From Clostridium sp. 'White wine YQ' (GTDB taxonomy: Bacteria > Bacillota > Clostridia > Clostridiales > Clostridiaceae), in contig NZ_JAQYUU010000001.1 of the NCBI RefSeq assembly GCF_028728205.1, positions 421,318 through 485,317 of the forward strand: a DNA stretch of 64,000 bases. Reading direction: 5' to 3'. The position numbers and the translations under genes were made by a program. Below, one piece after another: positions 8,752 to 18,965 of this stretch. Under the pieces are notes generated by a model. It ran no database searches and was not told the origin of the DNA. It worked only from the letters and a program-made list of their open reading frames with translations. The first letter of the stretch is position 1; every line of letters begins with the position of its first letter.

Positions 8752-11037
8752 ATGCATAATGAATTTGATTATGAAGTTGAAGTTCTTCAGGAGAAAAAGA
8801 ATAGGATCAACATTGAAATAGAGAGAAAAGTTAATGAAGAAGAGGGTTTTAAAACAAAAATTTCGGATTTAAAGAAAGCTTCAAGAGGAAGTTATAGCTT
8901 AGAGCTTGAGAATACAAAAATAATATATGATATAGTAAGTAAAAATCTTAAAAATTATTCAGAGGCTACAGAAAATCCTTATTTCGGAAGAATCGATTTT
9001 AAAGAAGATAAAAGAATGCCAGAAAATTTCTATATAGGAAAGTATGGTATATACGATTCAAAAGATGGGGAAGAGATAGTAATTGACTGGAGAGCACCTA
9101 TTGCAGACCTTTACTATAGTGGTACACAAGGAGAAGCATACTATAGATCACCAGTTGGTGTAATAAACGGAAAGCTTCAATTGAAAAGAAAGTTCTTAAT
9201 CAAAGATGGTGAACTTAAAGATATATTTGATGAAGGAATAAATGAAATAATTTTAAAAGGTGAAACTGCAGATGAAGAAAATGAATTAGTAGATGAATTT
9301 CTTAAAATAAATCTTGAAGAAAGTGCAGGAAGTAAGCTTAAGGAAGTAGTTGCTACAATTCAAAAAGAACAAAACGACATTATAAGAGCACCGCTTAATT
9401 TTCCACTGATTGTACAAGGTTCAGCAGGTTCAGGGAAAACTACAGTAGCACTTCATAGACTTGCGTATTTAGTTTATAGATATAATGAGAAGATAAAAGG
9501 GGAAGATATATTAGTATTAGCACCAAATAAATTGTTCCTAGATTATATATCTGAAATACTTCCTAATCTAGGTACTTATGAAGTTAATCAAAAAACTTTT
9601 CCTATTCTAGGGAAAGAATTTTTAGGATTAAAGGGTAAGATTTATACAAGAGACGAAAAGCTAAGGGAAATACTAGAAGGGGATAGTGAAAGAGCTAAAT
9701 ATTTAAAAAACATTAGTAAAATAAAAGGCTCAATACTATTTAAAACTATATTAGATAGATTAATTACCATTTGGGAAAGGGATTCACAAAATCTAGAGGA
9801 TATTAAAATTCAGGGATTTACTCTTTATGGAGCTAATGAAATTAAAAGATTATACTTTAAAGATTTGGTACATTTCCCGGTAAATAAAAGGATAGAAGAG
9901 ATACATAAATATTTTAATAAAAAGCTTGATAATACACTGCTTAGAGTATATGAGCAGCTTGATCTTTTCTATAATTTAAAGATAAATAAAATTAAAAAGA
10001 ACGAAGAAGATTCACTAGATAGAAGAAAGAAACTAATAGAAATATACGATGAGAGAGATGAGAAAAAGAAAAATCTTAGAAATGAAGCTATTTCAAAATT
10101 AAAAGAGTATTTCGAGGCTTGGAATAGTCAAAGTGGAGAAGGACTTTATTATAGATTGTTTGAGGAAGACGAAATATTTGAAGAAGCTACTGGTGAAAAG
10201 ATTCCTAAAAACTTAGAAAAATTTATGAGAGAAGAAGTTTTAAGTAATAGGGAAAAAGAAATAATAGATGAAGATGATATTGCAGCTCTTTTATATTTAA
10301 AGCTTAAAACTGAAGGAATTAAGGATGAGAATAAATATAAACATATAGTAATTGATGAGGCGCAAGATTATTCTCCGTTAATGTTTCATGTAACTAAAAT
10401 GATGTGCCAAGGAAGTTCTATGACTATAGTTGGGGATTTAGGACAAGGAATATATAGCTATAAAGGAATTAACAATTGGGAAACCTTAATTGAAGATATT
10501 TTTAATGGAGAATGTACCTTTATATCATTAAGTCAAAGCTATAGAAGTACTATGGAAATAATTGATGTTGCAAATATTGTTTTAAATAAGCAATTAAATG
10601 CTCCAAAGCCGGCAAAGGCAGTAATTAGAAGTGGACCAGTTCCGGAAATAATTGAATATAATAATTTCAAAGACTTGGCTAAGAATATTGATGAAAAGGT
10701 AGAAGAAATAAGAAATGCAAATAAGAAATCTATTGCAATAATTTGTAAGGATTTTGAGGAATGTAAAAAGCTTAAGAGCAGAATAAAAAATTATAGTAAT
10801 TTCTCCTGGGATGTTGTTAAAGAGGGGGATAAGGAGTTAAATGTAAATAATGTAATAATACCTTCATATTTAACAAAAGGATTAGAATTTGATGGTACAA
10901 TACTTTTTAATGTAGATAGCAGTTTATATAAAGATACAGAGGAAGATAAAAAATTACTATATGTAGCTTTAACAAGAGCTTTGCATAGAGAAACTATCTT
11001 CTATAAAGGGGAATTAACACCATTACTAGAAGCTTAG
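8752..11037 (+). CDS. helD: HelD-type UvrD-like DNA helicase (helicase IV)
   Basis: 761 aa; Walker A QGSAGSGKTTVALHRLAYL; UvrD-like C-terminal block (LYVALTRA). Confidence 0.75.
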   Translation: MHNEFDYEVEVLQEKKNRINIEIERKVNEEEGFKTKISDLKKASRGSYSLELENTKIIYDIVSKNLKNYSEATENPYFGRIDFKEDKRMPENFYIGKYGIYDSKDGEEIVIDWRAPIADLYYSGTQGEAYYRSPVGVINGKLQLKRKFLIKDGELKDIFDEGINEIILKGETADEENELVDEFLKINLEESAGSKLKEVVATIQKEQNDIIRAPLNFPLIVQGSAGSGKTTVALHRLAYLVYRYNEKIKGEDILVLAPNKLFLDYISEILPNLGTYEVNQKTFPILGKEFLGLKGKIYTRDEKLREILEGDSERAKYLKNISKIKGSILFKTILDRLITIWERDSQNLEDIKIQGFTLYGANEIKRLYFKDLVHFPVNKRIEEIHKYFNKKLDNTLLRVYEQLDLFYNLKINKIKKNEEDSLDRRKKLIEIYDERDEKKKNLRNEAISKLKEYFEAWNSQSGEGLYYRLFEEDEIFEEATGEKIPKNLEKFMREEVLSNREKEIIDEDDIAALLYLKLKTEGIKDENKYKHIVIDEAQDYSPLMFHVTKMMCQGSSMTIVGDLGQGIYSYKGINNWETLIEDIFNGECTFISLSQSYRSTMEIIDVANIVLNKQLNAPKPAKAVIRSGPVPEIIEYNNFKDLAKNIDEKVEEIRNANKKSIAIICKDFEECKKLKSRIKNYSNFSWDVVKEGDKELNVNNVIIPSYLTKGLEFDGTILFNVDSSLYKDTEEDKKLLYVALTRALHRETIFYKGELTPLLEA

Positions 11038-11127
11038 GGAGCATTCTCCAATAGTTGTTAAAGAACTATCAATGTGATACAATTACTTTGTGTTTAAAGA
11101 TGGAGTATAAGTATGGGGAGGTATAAC

Positions 11128-12300
11128 ATGTCTGTAGAAAAATTAAGAGAAAATATTTATTGGGTTGGAGTAAAAGATGCAAAACTAAGAGTGTTTGACA
11201 TCATAATGGAAACTAAAAAAGGTACTACTTATAATTCATATGTAATTGATGATGAAAAAGTAGCTGTAGTAGATACAGTGAAAAATGGTTTTTATGATGA
11301 ATTTAAGGAAAATCTTAGAGAAGTAATCGGAGATAAAAAGGTTGACTATGTAATAGTACAACATACAGAACTTGACCATAGCGGTTCATTAATAAAGTTA
11401 ATAGAAGATTATCCAGATGTAACTGTAGTTGGGTCAAAAGCAGCTATAAATTATCTTAAAAATATTTTAAATAGAGAATTTAACTATATTGAAGCTAAGG
11501 AAGATTTATCTTTAGGAAAAACTACACTTAAATTTATTTCTGCACCAAACTTACATTGGCCAGACACTATATTTACATATGTTGAAGAATTAAACTTCTT
11601 ATTCACATGTGACTTTACTGGATGTCACTATTGCCCAGCAGGAAGTATATCAGCTGCCTTTGGGGATGAATACTTTGAGGAAATGAAATATTATTTTGAT
11701 TGCATAATGGGACCATTTAAGAAATTTGTAAATATGGGTTTAGATAAAATTAAGGATTTAAAGTTTGACATAATAGCACCAAGTCATGGACCAGTTCATG
11801 TTAATCATGTTCAAAAATTCTTAGATTTATATAGAGAATGGGCTAAGATTGAGGATGTAGAAAAAAACATACAAATATTCTATATTTCTGCATACGGTAA
11901 TACTGAACATATGGCAAAATATCTAGCTGAGAAAATAAGCGCTAAAGGTATTAAGACCGAAGTTCATGAAATAACAGCTATGCCATTAGAAGAAGCATCA
12001 GCTTTAATTGAAAGAAGTAATGGCTTCTTAATTGGTTCACCAACAATAAATCAAGATGCAGTAAAACCATCTTGGGATTTATTAAGTTTAGTTAATCCTA
12101 TAATTAACAGAGGAAAGGCAGCTGCAGCATTTGGATCTTTTGGTTGGAGTGGTGAAGGTGTGCCTATGTTAACTGAAAGATTAAAGAGCCTAAAACTTAA
12201 AGTTAACCATCCAGGATTAAAGTTTGCTTTTGTTCCATCAGATGAAGATTATAAAAATGCAGATGAGTTAGCTGAACAATTTGCTGAACTTGTAAAATAG
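11128..12300 (+). CDS. flavodiiron protein (metallo-beta-lactamase fold plus flavodoxin domain)
   Basis: HTELDHSG di-iron motif and a C-terminal flavodoxin-like segment. GGGGAGGT RBS supports the ATG at 11128. Confidence 0.75.
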   Translation: MSVEKLRENIYWVGVKDAKLRVFDIIMETKKGTTYNSYVIDDEKVAVVDTVKNGFYDEFKENLREVIGDKKVDYVIVQHTELDHSGSLIKLIEDYPDVTVVGSKAAINYLKNILNREFNYIEAKEDLSLGKTTLKFISAPNLHWPDTIFTYVEELNFLFTCDFTGCHYCPAGSISAAFGDEYFEEMKYYFDCIMGPFKKFVNMGLDKIKDLKFDIIAPSHGPVHVNHVQKFLDLYREWAKIEDVEKNIQIFYISAYGNTEHMAKYLAEKISAKGIKTEVHEITAMPLEEASALIERSNGFLIGSPTINQDAVKPSWDLLSLVNPIINRGKAAAAFGSFGWSGEGVPMLTERLKSLKLKVNHPGLKFAFVPSDEDYKNADELAEQFAELVK

Positions 12301-12318
12301 ATTTGTTTTTATTATAAT

Positions 12319-12358
12319 GGGTAAAAAGTATATGACTTTTTACCCTTACTTTTTAATC
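12319..12358 (+). terminator. rho-independent terminator
   Basis: GGGTAAAAAG tatatga CTTTTTACCC then a T-rich tract. Confidence 0.5.
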
Positions 12359-12373
12359 ACATAGAGAAAGGAA

Positions 12374-12658
12374 ATGAGTATAATGGAAAATAAAGAAACA
12401 ATGGAAGATAAAGAAATAATGTCCTTTAGAGACGAAGATGGAAATAAAGTTGATTTTGAGGCAATTGCAAGAATATATTTAGAAGAAAAAGAATATTTAA
12501 TACTATCACCCCTAGAAGGAGATGGTAATGTTGAAGATGCCTTCATTTTTAGAGTAGATGAGGTAGAAGGAAAAGAAGAGTATAATTTTGTTGAAGATCA
12601 AAAAGAGTTTGAAGCTGTTAAAAAGGAGTATAAAAAATTACTATATCAAGGAGAATAG
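12374..12658 (+). CDS. DUF1292-family small acidic protein
   Basis: 94 aa; [12 protein letters not shown]...[13 protein letters not shown] pattern typical of Firmicute DUF1292 proteins. Confidence 0.55.
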   Translation: MSIMENKETMEDKEIMSFRDEDGNKVDFEAIARIYLEEKEYLILSPLEGDGNVEDAFIFRVDEVEGKEEYNFVEDQKEFEAVKKEYKKLLYQGE

Positions 12659-12661
12659 AAA

Positions 12662-13060
12662 ATGGTAAGTAGTGAGATTTTAAAGTCATTAAAAGAAAAG
12701 GATTTAAGTGATATCGAAGAAATCAAATACAAAAAAGGTTTCTTGCTTGTAAAGTTTTTTTATGATTTTGATAAAGATGAATTAGCAGCAGCTAAAGCCT
12801 ATGCTGATGAAGAAGAAACTTATGAGAGTGAAAGTGAAGAGTGGTACAAAGAATTATATCTACCATACCTATATGACATAGCACTAGATAATGTTGAAGA
12901 AATAATTGATGAAGTTATGGAAGAAGAGGAAGTAGAGGGACAATTTTTGGCCTATGACTTAGATATTAATAATCCTACCTATGGGGAATTTGTAGCACTA
13001 TTTAATGACATTGATGAAGAAAAAGATATAGAAGAAGTTATGGATGAGTTAGGTCTTTAA
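12662..13060 (+). CDS. acidic hypothetical protein (132 aa)
   Basis: Translationally coupled to the previous gene (3-nt gap); very Asp/Glu-rich. Confidence 0.45.
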   Translation: MVSSEILKSLKEKDLSDIEEIKYKKGFLLVKFFYDFDKDELAAAKAYADEEETYESESEEWYKELYLPYLYDIALDNVEEIIDEVMEEEEVEGQFLAYDLDINNPTYGEFVALFNDIDEEKDIEEVMDELGL

Positions 13061-13263
13061 TATTACAGCTAAGGTTAACGACTTATGTTTTTTCTTAATT
13101 ATATAATATGTACAAATGAAAACAGAAACCTTGGGTTTCTGTTTTATTATTCTTAGTAAGTGAGATAATTCAAGTATCTTATTAAATTAAAGATATATCT
13201 CGTCTAGATTAAAATCTAAGTTATGTGTAGATTACTTTGTTAATTGTTCTTTTTGTCTTTTAG

Positions 13264-13482
13264 CTAAGCTGTGTATCGTAAAGGAAAAGTTTTTCTTCTA
13301 TTATGCTTTCTTTTATATTTTTTGTATAAACGAAGTTGTCCTTTTACTATAAGCTTGTCCAAATGTTGACTTAAGTATATAACAAAGCTATTGGTTGGAG
13401 ATAAAAATTTTAATAAAAAATTTAAAAGAGTCTTTTCTAAGTTGATTCTGCGTTGAATTGTTTTTGTTTTCATTTCTTTCAC
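13264..13482 (-). CDS. small basic hypothetical protein (72 aa), doubtful
   Basis: Has a GGATGGGGTG RBS but lies in a long AT-rich intergenic stretch with no matching context. Confidence 0.2.
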   Translation of the reverse strand: MKEMKTKTIQRRINLEKTLLNFLLKFLSPTNSFVIYLSQHLDKLIVKGQLRLYKKYKRKHNRRKTFPLRYTA

Positions 13483-13739
13483 CCCATCCTCTAAAATTTA
13501 TACGGTGCAAAAAAAGGAAAGAAGGGCACCATATATTATATGCTTAGTCCTTATACCTATATTATACCAAATTGAAAAATATTGTAAATCAAAATTTAGC
13601 ATTATTTTAATAAAAAATTGTAAATTTTATCAATATAAAGTAAATATCTTCTAAATTATACATTATATTACAAAGGTCGTAATATAAATTAATACAATTA
13701 AATATAAATTATTTATAAGTATTAAAACCAGAGGGATTT

Positions 13740-13772
13740 TTGTTAGTAATAATTACACTCCTGTGGTATAAT
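13740..13772 (+). promoter_or_regulatory. candidate sigma-A promoter with extended -10 (TGgTATAAT) for the DUF896-hprK operon
   Basis: TGGTATAAT at 13764-13772 with a TTGTTA-like -35 upstream, about 65 nt before the RBS. Confidence 0.35.
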
Positions 13773-13839
13773 TTCTTTATAGAAATTAGATATTGATTAG
13801 AGTTTAAAACACTCTAGAGATCAAAGGAGAAATTAGCAA

Positions 13840-14022
13840 ATGAATGAAGACGCTTTAATTGCAAGAATAAATGAATTATATAAAAAAAGTAAAGAAGAAG
13901 GTCTAACAGATATAGAAAAAGAAGAGCAGGATAAACTAAGGAAAAAATATATAGAATCAGTAAAAAATAATTTTAGAGCTCAATTAAGTGGAATTAAACC
14001 AAAAAAGAAGTTTAATAATTAA
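13840..14022 (+). CDS. UPF0291/DUF896 small protein
   Basis: MNEDALIARINELYKKSKEEGLTDIEKEEQDKLRKKYI is the characteristic YnzC-like sequence. Confidence 0.7.
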   Translation: MNEDALIARINELYKKSKEEGLTDIEKEEQDKLRKKYIESVKNNFRAQLSGIKPKKKFNN

Positions 14023-14042
14023 TATGTATGAGGGTGGTTAGC

Positions 14043-14951
14043 ATGGAGGTTACAGTAGAAAAGCTTATCAAGGATTTTGATTTAGAGGTATTGGTTAAAG
14101 GGGAAGTTAATAAGATAATAAATGTAAGTGATATAAACAGACCAGGACTACAGCTTGCAGGATTTTATAACTACTTTGCTCCGGAACGTATTCAGGTAGT
14201 AGGTAAAGCCGAATGGAGCTTTTTAGATGATATGGGTATAGAGATTAGAAAAAAGAGATTGAATAAATTTTTTAGTTTCGATTCAACATGTTTAATTATT
14301 ACAAGAGATTTAGAACCTCATAAGGAACTGGTAAGTGCGGCTGAAAAGAGTAAATCATGGTTACTTAGAAGTAATATGGTAACTACACAATTTATGAGTA
14401 AATGTACAATGTACCTTGCAGATAAGATGGCTCCAGAAACAAGACTTCATGGAGTTCTAGTTGATGTATACGGTATTGGAATATTAATAACTGGTGAAAG
14501 TGGAATTGGAAAAAGTGAAACTGCACTAGAATTAATAAAGAGGGGTCATAGAATTGTAACAGATGATGCAGTGGAGATAAGAGCAATTGATGGAGAATTA
14601 ATTGGGACATCCCCTGAAATAACATTCGGAATGCTTGAAGTTAGGGGCATGGGAATTATTGATATAACTGCATTGTATGGATTAAGCTCAGTTATTCCTT
14701 CAAAAGATATAAAACTAATTATACATTTTGAACATTGGAAAGATGATGGGGATTATGAGAGATTAGGTACTAATGCAGATTATCAAGATATATTAGGTGT
14801 TGATGTTAGAAAGCTAATAGTTCCAATAAGACCAGGAAGAAATATAGCTGTAATAATTGAAGCAGCAGCAGCTAACTATAGATATTCCTTGATGTCAGAT
14901 GTTACTCCAGTTGACATAATTGAAAGCAGAATGAATAAAATGAACGGATAA
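14043..14951 (+). CDS. hprK: HPr kinase/phosphorylase
   Basis: Walker A GESGIGKSE, LEVRGMGII and HGVLVDVYGIGILITG motifs. RBS AGGGTGG supports the ATG at 14043. Confidence 0.9.
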   Translation: MEVTVEKLIKDFDLEVLVKGEVNKIINVSDINRPGLQLAGFYNYFAPERIQVVGKAEWSFLDDMGIEIRKKRLNKFFSFDSTCLIITRDLEPHKELVSAAEKSKSWLLRSNMVTTQFMSKCTMYLADKMAPETRLHGVLVDVYGIGILITGESGIGKSETALELIKRGHRIVTDDAVEIRAIDGELIGTSPEITFGMLEVRGMGIIDITALYGLSSVIPSKDIKLIIHFEHWKDDGDYERLGTNADYQDILGVDVRKLIVPIRPGRNIAVIIEAAAANYRYSLMSDVTPVDIIESRMNKMNG

Positions 14952-15036
14952 TAATACAAGTATTTATGTAAATATAATAAAATTTCATCTTTTGGAACAT
15001 AATATATATCTAGAAATATTTATTATAGGTGAGAAG

Positions 15037-15966
15037 ATGATAATTTATGATATATCGAATAAATTCAAAGAAGTTGATAAATGGGAACAAGAAAAGAGCT
15101 TATATTGGATCATACTTCATGCAGAAGAAATTGAGGTATTGAACCTTGTACTTGACGAGGAATGTATACAAGAATGTAAGGATTTTTCACAAGAAGCTCA
15201 GATTCATTTTTACAATGATTATATTTTTATGGTATTAAATGTACTTGATATTTATGAGGAAGATATTATCTCTAAGGAGCTTAATATCTTCCTTAGTCAT
15301 AATTTCATAATCACTGTGTATAAAGATAGAATACCAGTATTAGAGGAATTTATAAAAGATATAAAAAAGAATAGAAATTGTTTTATGTTAAAAGATAAAG
15401 GTAAGCCAGAAATAGTTCTATATTATATTCTAGATAGATTAATATTAAGAAACTATAATTGTATATCACTAGTTGAAGAAATGGCTGATAAGGTAGAGCT
15501 AGAGATATTAAGATCTCCTCATTCTAATCAAATAAGGGAACTTGTATTTTTAAGAGGTCAAACATACAAAATACGTAAAATACTCAACCCGTTACGATAT
15601 ATAGGAGATGCATTACTTGCAAATGAAAATGGAATAATTTCAGATAATTATATGATTTATTTTAAGAATATAGATAATAAAATATCAAAACTAATGAAGG
15701 CTATTGAGAATTTAACACAAGACTTGGCTATGGTAAGAGAAGCTTATGAAGCTGAAATATCAAATAAGACAAATGATTTGATGAAGGTTTTTACGGTAGT
15801 AACTACAGTGTTTCTACCATTAGAACTTATTACAGCTGTCTTTTCAATGAGCTTTGATTATATGCCTTTTAAAGAAAATAATTTTGCGTTTTTTGGAATA
15901 CTTATTTTTATGGGGGGAATAGTTATAACCATGTTGTTTTATTTTAAAAAACATAGAATGTTCTAA
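15037..15966 (+). CDS. CorA/ZntB-family divalent cation channel homolog with a variant signature (SMSFDYMP instead of GMNFxxMP)
   Basis: Two C-terminal TM helices preceded by FSMSFDYMPF, with a basic C-terminal tail. GGTGAG RBS supports the ATG at 15037. Confidence 0.65.
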   Translation: MIIYDISNKFKEVDKWEQEKSLYWIILHAEEIEVLNLVLDEECIQECKDFSQEAQIHFYNDYIFMVLNVLDIYEEDIISKELNIFLSHNFIITVYKDRIPVLEEFIKDIKKNRNCFMLKDKGKPEIVLYYILDRLILRNYNCISLVEEMADKVELEILRSPHSNQIRELVFLRGQTYKIRKILNPLRYIGDALLANENGIISDNYMIYFKNIDNKISKLMKAIENLTQDLAMVREAYEAEISNKTNDLMKVFTVVTTVFLPLELITAVFSMSFDYMPFKENNFAFFGILIFMGGIVITMLFYFKKHRMF

Positions 15967-16042
15967 CTATAAAACATCTATTGGTTTGATATTCCATATA
16001 AATAAGTGTAAAATTATAAAAAAAGACATGGGAGGTTAGAAT

Positions 16043-17443
16043 ATGAGTAAAAAATTAAAAAAGGAATATTCCTTAGCTTGGGATAAATATTCTAAAGATG
16101 ACTTAAAAAAAGTTTTTGAATTAAGTGATAGATATAAAGACTTTATATCTAAATGTAAGACTGAGAGAGAATCCGTGGATGAACTTATAGAACTTGCAGA
16201 AAATAATGGATATAGAAATTTACAAAACATAATTGATAATGGAGAAGTATTAAAGGCTGGAGATAAAGTTTATGCAAATAATATGGGTAAAACTTTAGCT
16301 TTATTTCTAATTGGTTCAGAACCTTTAGAAAAGGGATTAAGAATTCTAGGTGCTCATTTAGATTCACCTAGATTAGATTTAAAGCAAAATCCACTTTATG
16401 AAGATGGTGGGTTAGCTTTATTTGATACTCATTACTATGGTGGGGTGAAAAAATACCAGTGGGTTACCATACCACTAGCAATTCATGGAGTTTTAGTTAA
16501 AAAGGACGGAACTGTTATAAAGCTTAATGTAGGCGAAGATGAAAATGATCCAGTTGTAGGAGTATCAGATCTATTAATTCACCTTGCATCAAAACAATTA
16601 GAGAAGAAGGCAAATGTAGTAATTGAAGGTGAGGATCTTAATGTTTTAGTAGGTTCAATGCCAATAAAAGATAAGGATGCTAAAGAGAGAGTTAAAGAAA
16701 ATATTTTAGCATTATTTAATGAAAAGTACGGAATAGAGGAAGAAGATTTTGTTTCAGCAGAACTAGAAATAGTCCCAGCAGGAAAAGCTAGAGACTACGG
16801 TTTAGATAGAAGTATGGTTATGGGATATGGACATGATGATAGAATATGCGCATATACAAGCTTTGAAGCTTTGATGAATATAGAAAAGACAGATAGAACT
16901 TGCGTTGCCCTATTCGTTGATAAAGAGGAAATAGGTAGTGTAGGAGCTACTGGAATGCAATCAAGATTCTTTGAAAATATTGTAGCCGAGATATTAGATA
17001 GAAAAGGTGAGTATTCAGAACTAAAGCTTAGAAGAGCATTAAATAACTCACATATGCTTTCTTCAGATGTTACAGTTGCATTTGATCCTAATTTCCCAAG
17101 TGTTGTAGAAAAGAATAACACTGCATACTTTGGAAAAGGAATTGTATTTAGTAAATACACTGGAGCAAGAGGGAAATCAGGTTCAAACGATGCAAATGCA
17201 GAATATGTAGCATATATCAGAAGAATCATGGAAAATCATAATGTAACTTGGCAAACTGGTGAGCTTGGAAAAGTTGACCAAGGTGGTGGAGGAACCATAG
17301 CATATATACTTGCTCAATACAATATGCAAGTAATAGACTGTGGAATAGCCCTTCATAATATGCATGCACCATGGGAAGTAGCTAGCAAAGCAGATATTTA
17401 TGAAACTATGAGAGGATATGAAGCATTCTTAAAGGAAGCTTAA
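16043..17443 (+). CDS. M18-family aminopeptidase
   Basis: 466 aa; the LGAHLDSPRLDLK motif matches the HTDSP-type M18 metal-binding block. Confidence 0.7.
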   Translation: MSKKLKKEYSLAWDKYSKDDLKKVFELSDRYKDFISKCKTERESVDELIELAENNGYRNLQNIIDNGEVLKAGDKVYANNMGKTLALFLIGSEPLEKGLRILGAHLDSPRLDLKQNPLYEDGGLALFDTHYYGGVKKYQWVTIPLAIHGVLVKKDGTVIKLNVGEDENDPVVGVSDLLIHLASKQLEKKANVVIEGEDLNVLVGSMPIKDKDAKERVKENILALFNEKYGIEEEDFVSAELEIVPAGKARDYGLDRSMVMGYGHDDRICAYTSFEALMNIEKTDRTCVALFVDKEEIGSVGATGMQSRFFENIVAEILDRKGEYSELKLRRALNNSHMLSSDVTVAFDPNFPSVVEKNNTAYFGKGIVFSKYTGARGKSGSNDANAEYVAYIRRIMENHNVTWQTGELGKVDQGGGGTIAYILAQYNMQVIDCGIALHNMHAPWEVASKADIYETMRGYEAFLKEA

Positions 17444-17453
17444 AATAATTGAT

Positions 17454-17493
17454 AAATCCCCCTAGAATATTTAATATTCTAGGGGGATTTTAT
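17454..17493. terminator. bidirectional terminator
   Basis: AAATCCCCCTAGAATAT ttaat ATTCTAGGGGGATTT perfect hairpin. Confidence 0.65.
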
Positions 17494-17496
17494 ATG

Positions 17497-18201
17497 CTAT
17501 TCTCCAAGATAAGCACTTCTAATCTTATCATCTTGTAATAGTTCTTTTGCATTACCTTCTAATACAATTGAACCAGTTTCTAAAACATAAGCTCTATCTG
17601 CTATAGACAAGGCCATATGAGCATTTTGTTCAACTAATAAGACTGTAGTTCCACCTTCATTAATTTCTTGTATTGTGTCAAAAATTCCTTTAACAACAAG
17701 AGGAGCTAATCCCATTGAAGGCTCATCAAGTAAAATCATTTCAGGTCTACACATTAAAGCTCTTCCCATAGCAAGCATTTGTTGTTCTCCACCTGATAAG
17801 GTACCAGCTCTTTGTTTAATTCTTTCTTTTAATCTAGGGAATTTAGTGAAGATTGATTCCATATCGGTAGTAATTCCCTTCTTATCTTTTCTTAAATATG
17901 CTCCAAGTTCTAGATTCTCCATTACAGTAAGCTCAGGGAAGATTTTTCTTCCTTCTGGAACATGAGAAAGGCCTAGAGAAAGTATTTTATGTGGAGCTAT
18001 AGTCTTAAGAGCACTTCCTTTAAAGTTTATATCTCCAGATTTGTATGGAACCAATCCAGAAATAGCTCTAAGAGTAGAAGTTTTTCCTGCACCATTTGCA
18101 CCTATTAAGGTTACTATCTCACCTTGATTTACTTCAAGAGAAATATCTTTAAGAGCGTGAATTCCTTCATAATATACATTTAAGTTATCTATCTTTAGCA
18201 T
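17497..18201 (-). CDS. livF: branched-chain amino acid ABC transporter ATP-binding protein
   Basis: GANGAGKTS Walker A, LSGGEQQML signature; last gene of the BP-H-M-G-F order. Confidence 0.85.
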   Translation of the reverse strand: MLKIDNLNVYYEGIHALKDISLEVNQGEIVTLIGANGAGKTSTLRAISGLVPYKSGDINFKGSALKTIAPHKILSLGLSHVPEGRKIFPELTVMENLELGAYLRKDKKGITTDMESIFTKFPRLKERIKQRAGTLSGGEQQMLAMGRALMCRPEMILLDEPSMGLAPLVVKGIFDTIQEINEGGTTVLLVEQNAHMALSIADRAYVLETGSIVLEGNAKELLQDDKIRSAYLGE

Positions 18202-18203
18202 GA

Positions 18204-18962
18204 TTAAGCTCCTTCCCCAAGGTACGCTTCTATAACCTTAGGATTTCTCTTTATTTCTTCAGGTGTACCTTCTGCAATCTTTTTACCGTAATCTAGAACA
18301 GTTATCTTTTCGCAAATTCCCATTACAAGTTTCATGTCATGTTCAATTAGTAGAACAGAGATATCAAATTTGTCTTTAGTCCAGTTTATCATTTTCATAA
18401 GTTCTTGAGTTTCTTGTGGATTCATACCAGCAGCAGGTTCATCTAATAATATTAGCTTTGGATCAGCTGCAAGAGCTCTTACAATCTCAAGTCTTCTTTG
18501 TTCTCCATAGGAAAGATTCTTTGCTAATTCATCCTTCTTTGAATCAAGGTCAAAATATGATAAATATTCTAATGCTTGAGCTTCTATTTCCTTTTCTTCT
18601 TTTATAAATCTAGGAGTTCTAAAAATAGAATCAAAAACATTATATTTAACTCTATAATTAAAACTTATTTTTATATTATCTATTACAGATAAATTTGAAA
18701 ATAATCTTATATTCTGAAATGTTCTTGCTATTTTCTTTTGAGTTATATTATAAGGCTTTAGGCCGTGAATATTTTCTCCTAAATAAGCTATAGTACCTTC
18801 AGTAGGAGCATAAACTCCAGTTAAAAGGTTAAAAATTGTAGTTTTACCTGCTCCGTTTGGACCAATTAAACCTACGATTTGCTTTTCACCTATTTCTAGA
18901 GAAAAATCAGAAACAGCTTTAAGTCCGCCAAATTGTATGGATAAGTTATCAACCTTTAACAT
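18204..18962 (-). CDS. livG: branched-chain amino acid ABC transporter ATP-binding protein
   Basis: GPNGAGKTT Walker A, LSYGEQRRLEI signature. Confidence 0.85.
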   Translation of the reverse strand: MLKVDNLSIQFGGLKAVSDFSLEIGEKQIVGLIGPNGAGKTTIFNLLTGVYAPTEGTIAYLGENIHGLKPYNITQKKIARTFQNIRLFSNLSVIDNIKISFNYRVKYNVFDSIFRTPRFIKEEKEIEAQALEYLSYFDLDSKKDELAKNLSYGEQRRLEIVRALAADPKLILLDEPAAGMNPQETQELMKMINWTKDKFDISVLLIEHDMKLVMGICEKITVLDYGKKIAEGTPEEIKRNPKVIEAYLGEGA

Positions 18963-18965
18963 GTG

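Noticed and set aside
8752-11037. HelD-like helicase as part of a Gabija/Hachiman-type defence pair
   Set aside because: No partner ATPase, TOPRIM nuclease or DUF gene is adjacent. Neighbours are def and a flavodiiron protein, and the size and motifs fit housekeeping HelD.
13500-13840. Possible ncRNA in the 780-nt AT-rich gap before DUF896-hprK
   Set aside because: No recognisable conserved RNA motif (6S, tmRNA, RNase P, riboswitch classes) by eye; only a probable promoter was retained.
14392-14625. 77-aa minus-strand ORF inside hprK
   Set aside because: Shadow ORF of a high-confidence gene; His/Gln/Leu-rich nonsense translation.
17675-17965. 96-aa plus-strand ORF inside livF
   Set aside because: Antisense to a conserved ABC ATPase gene.
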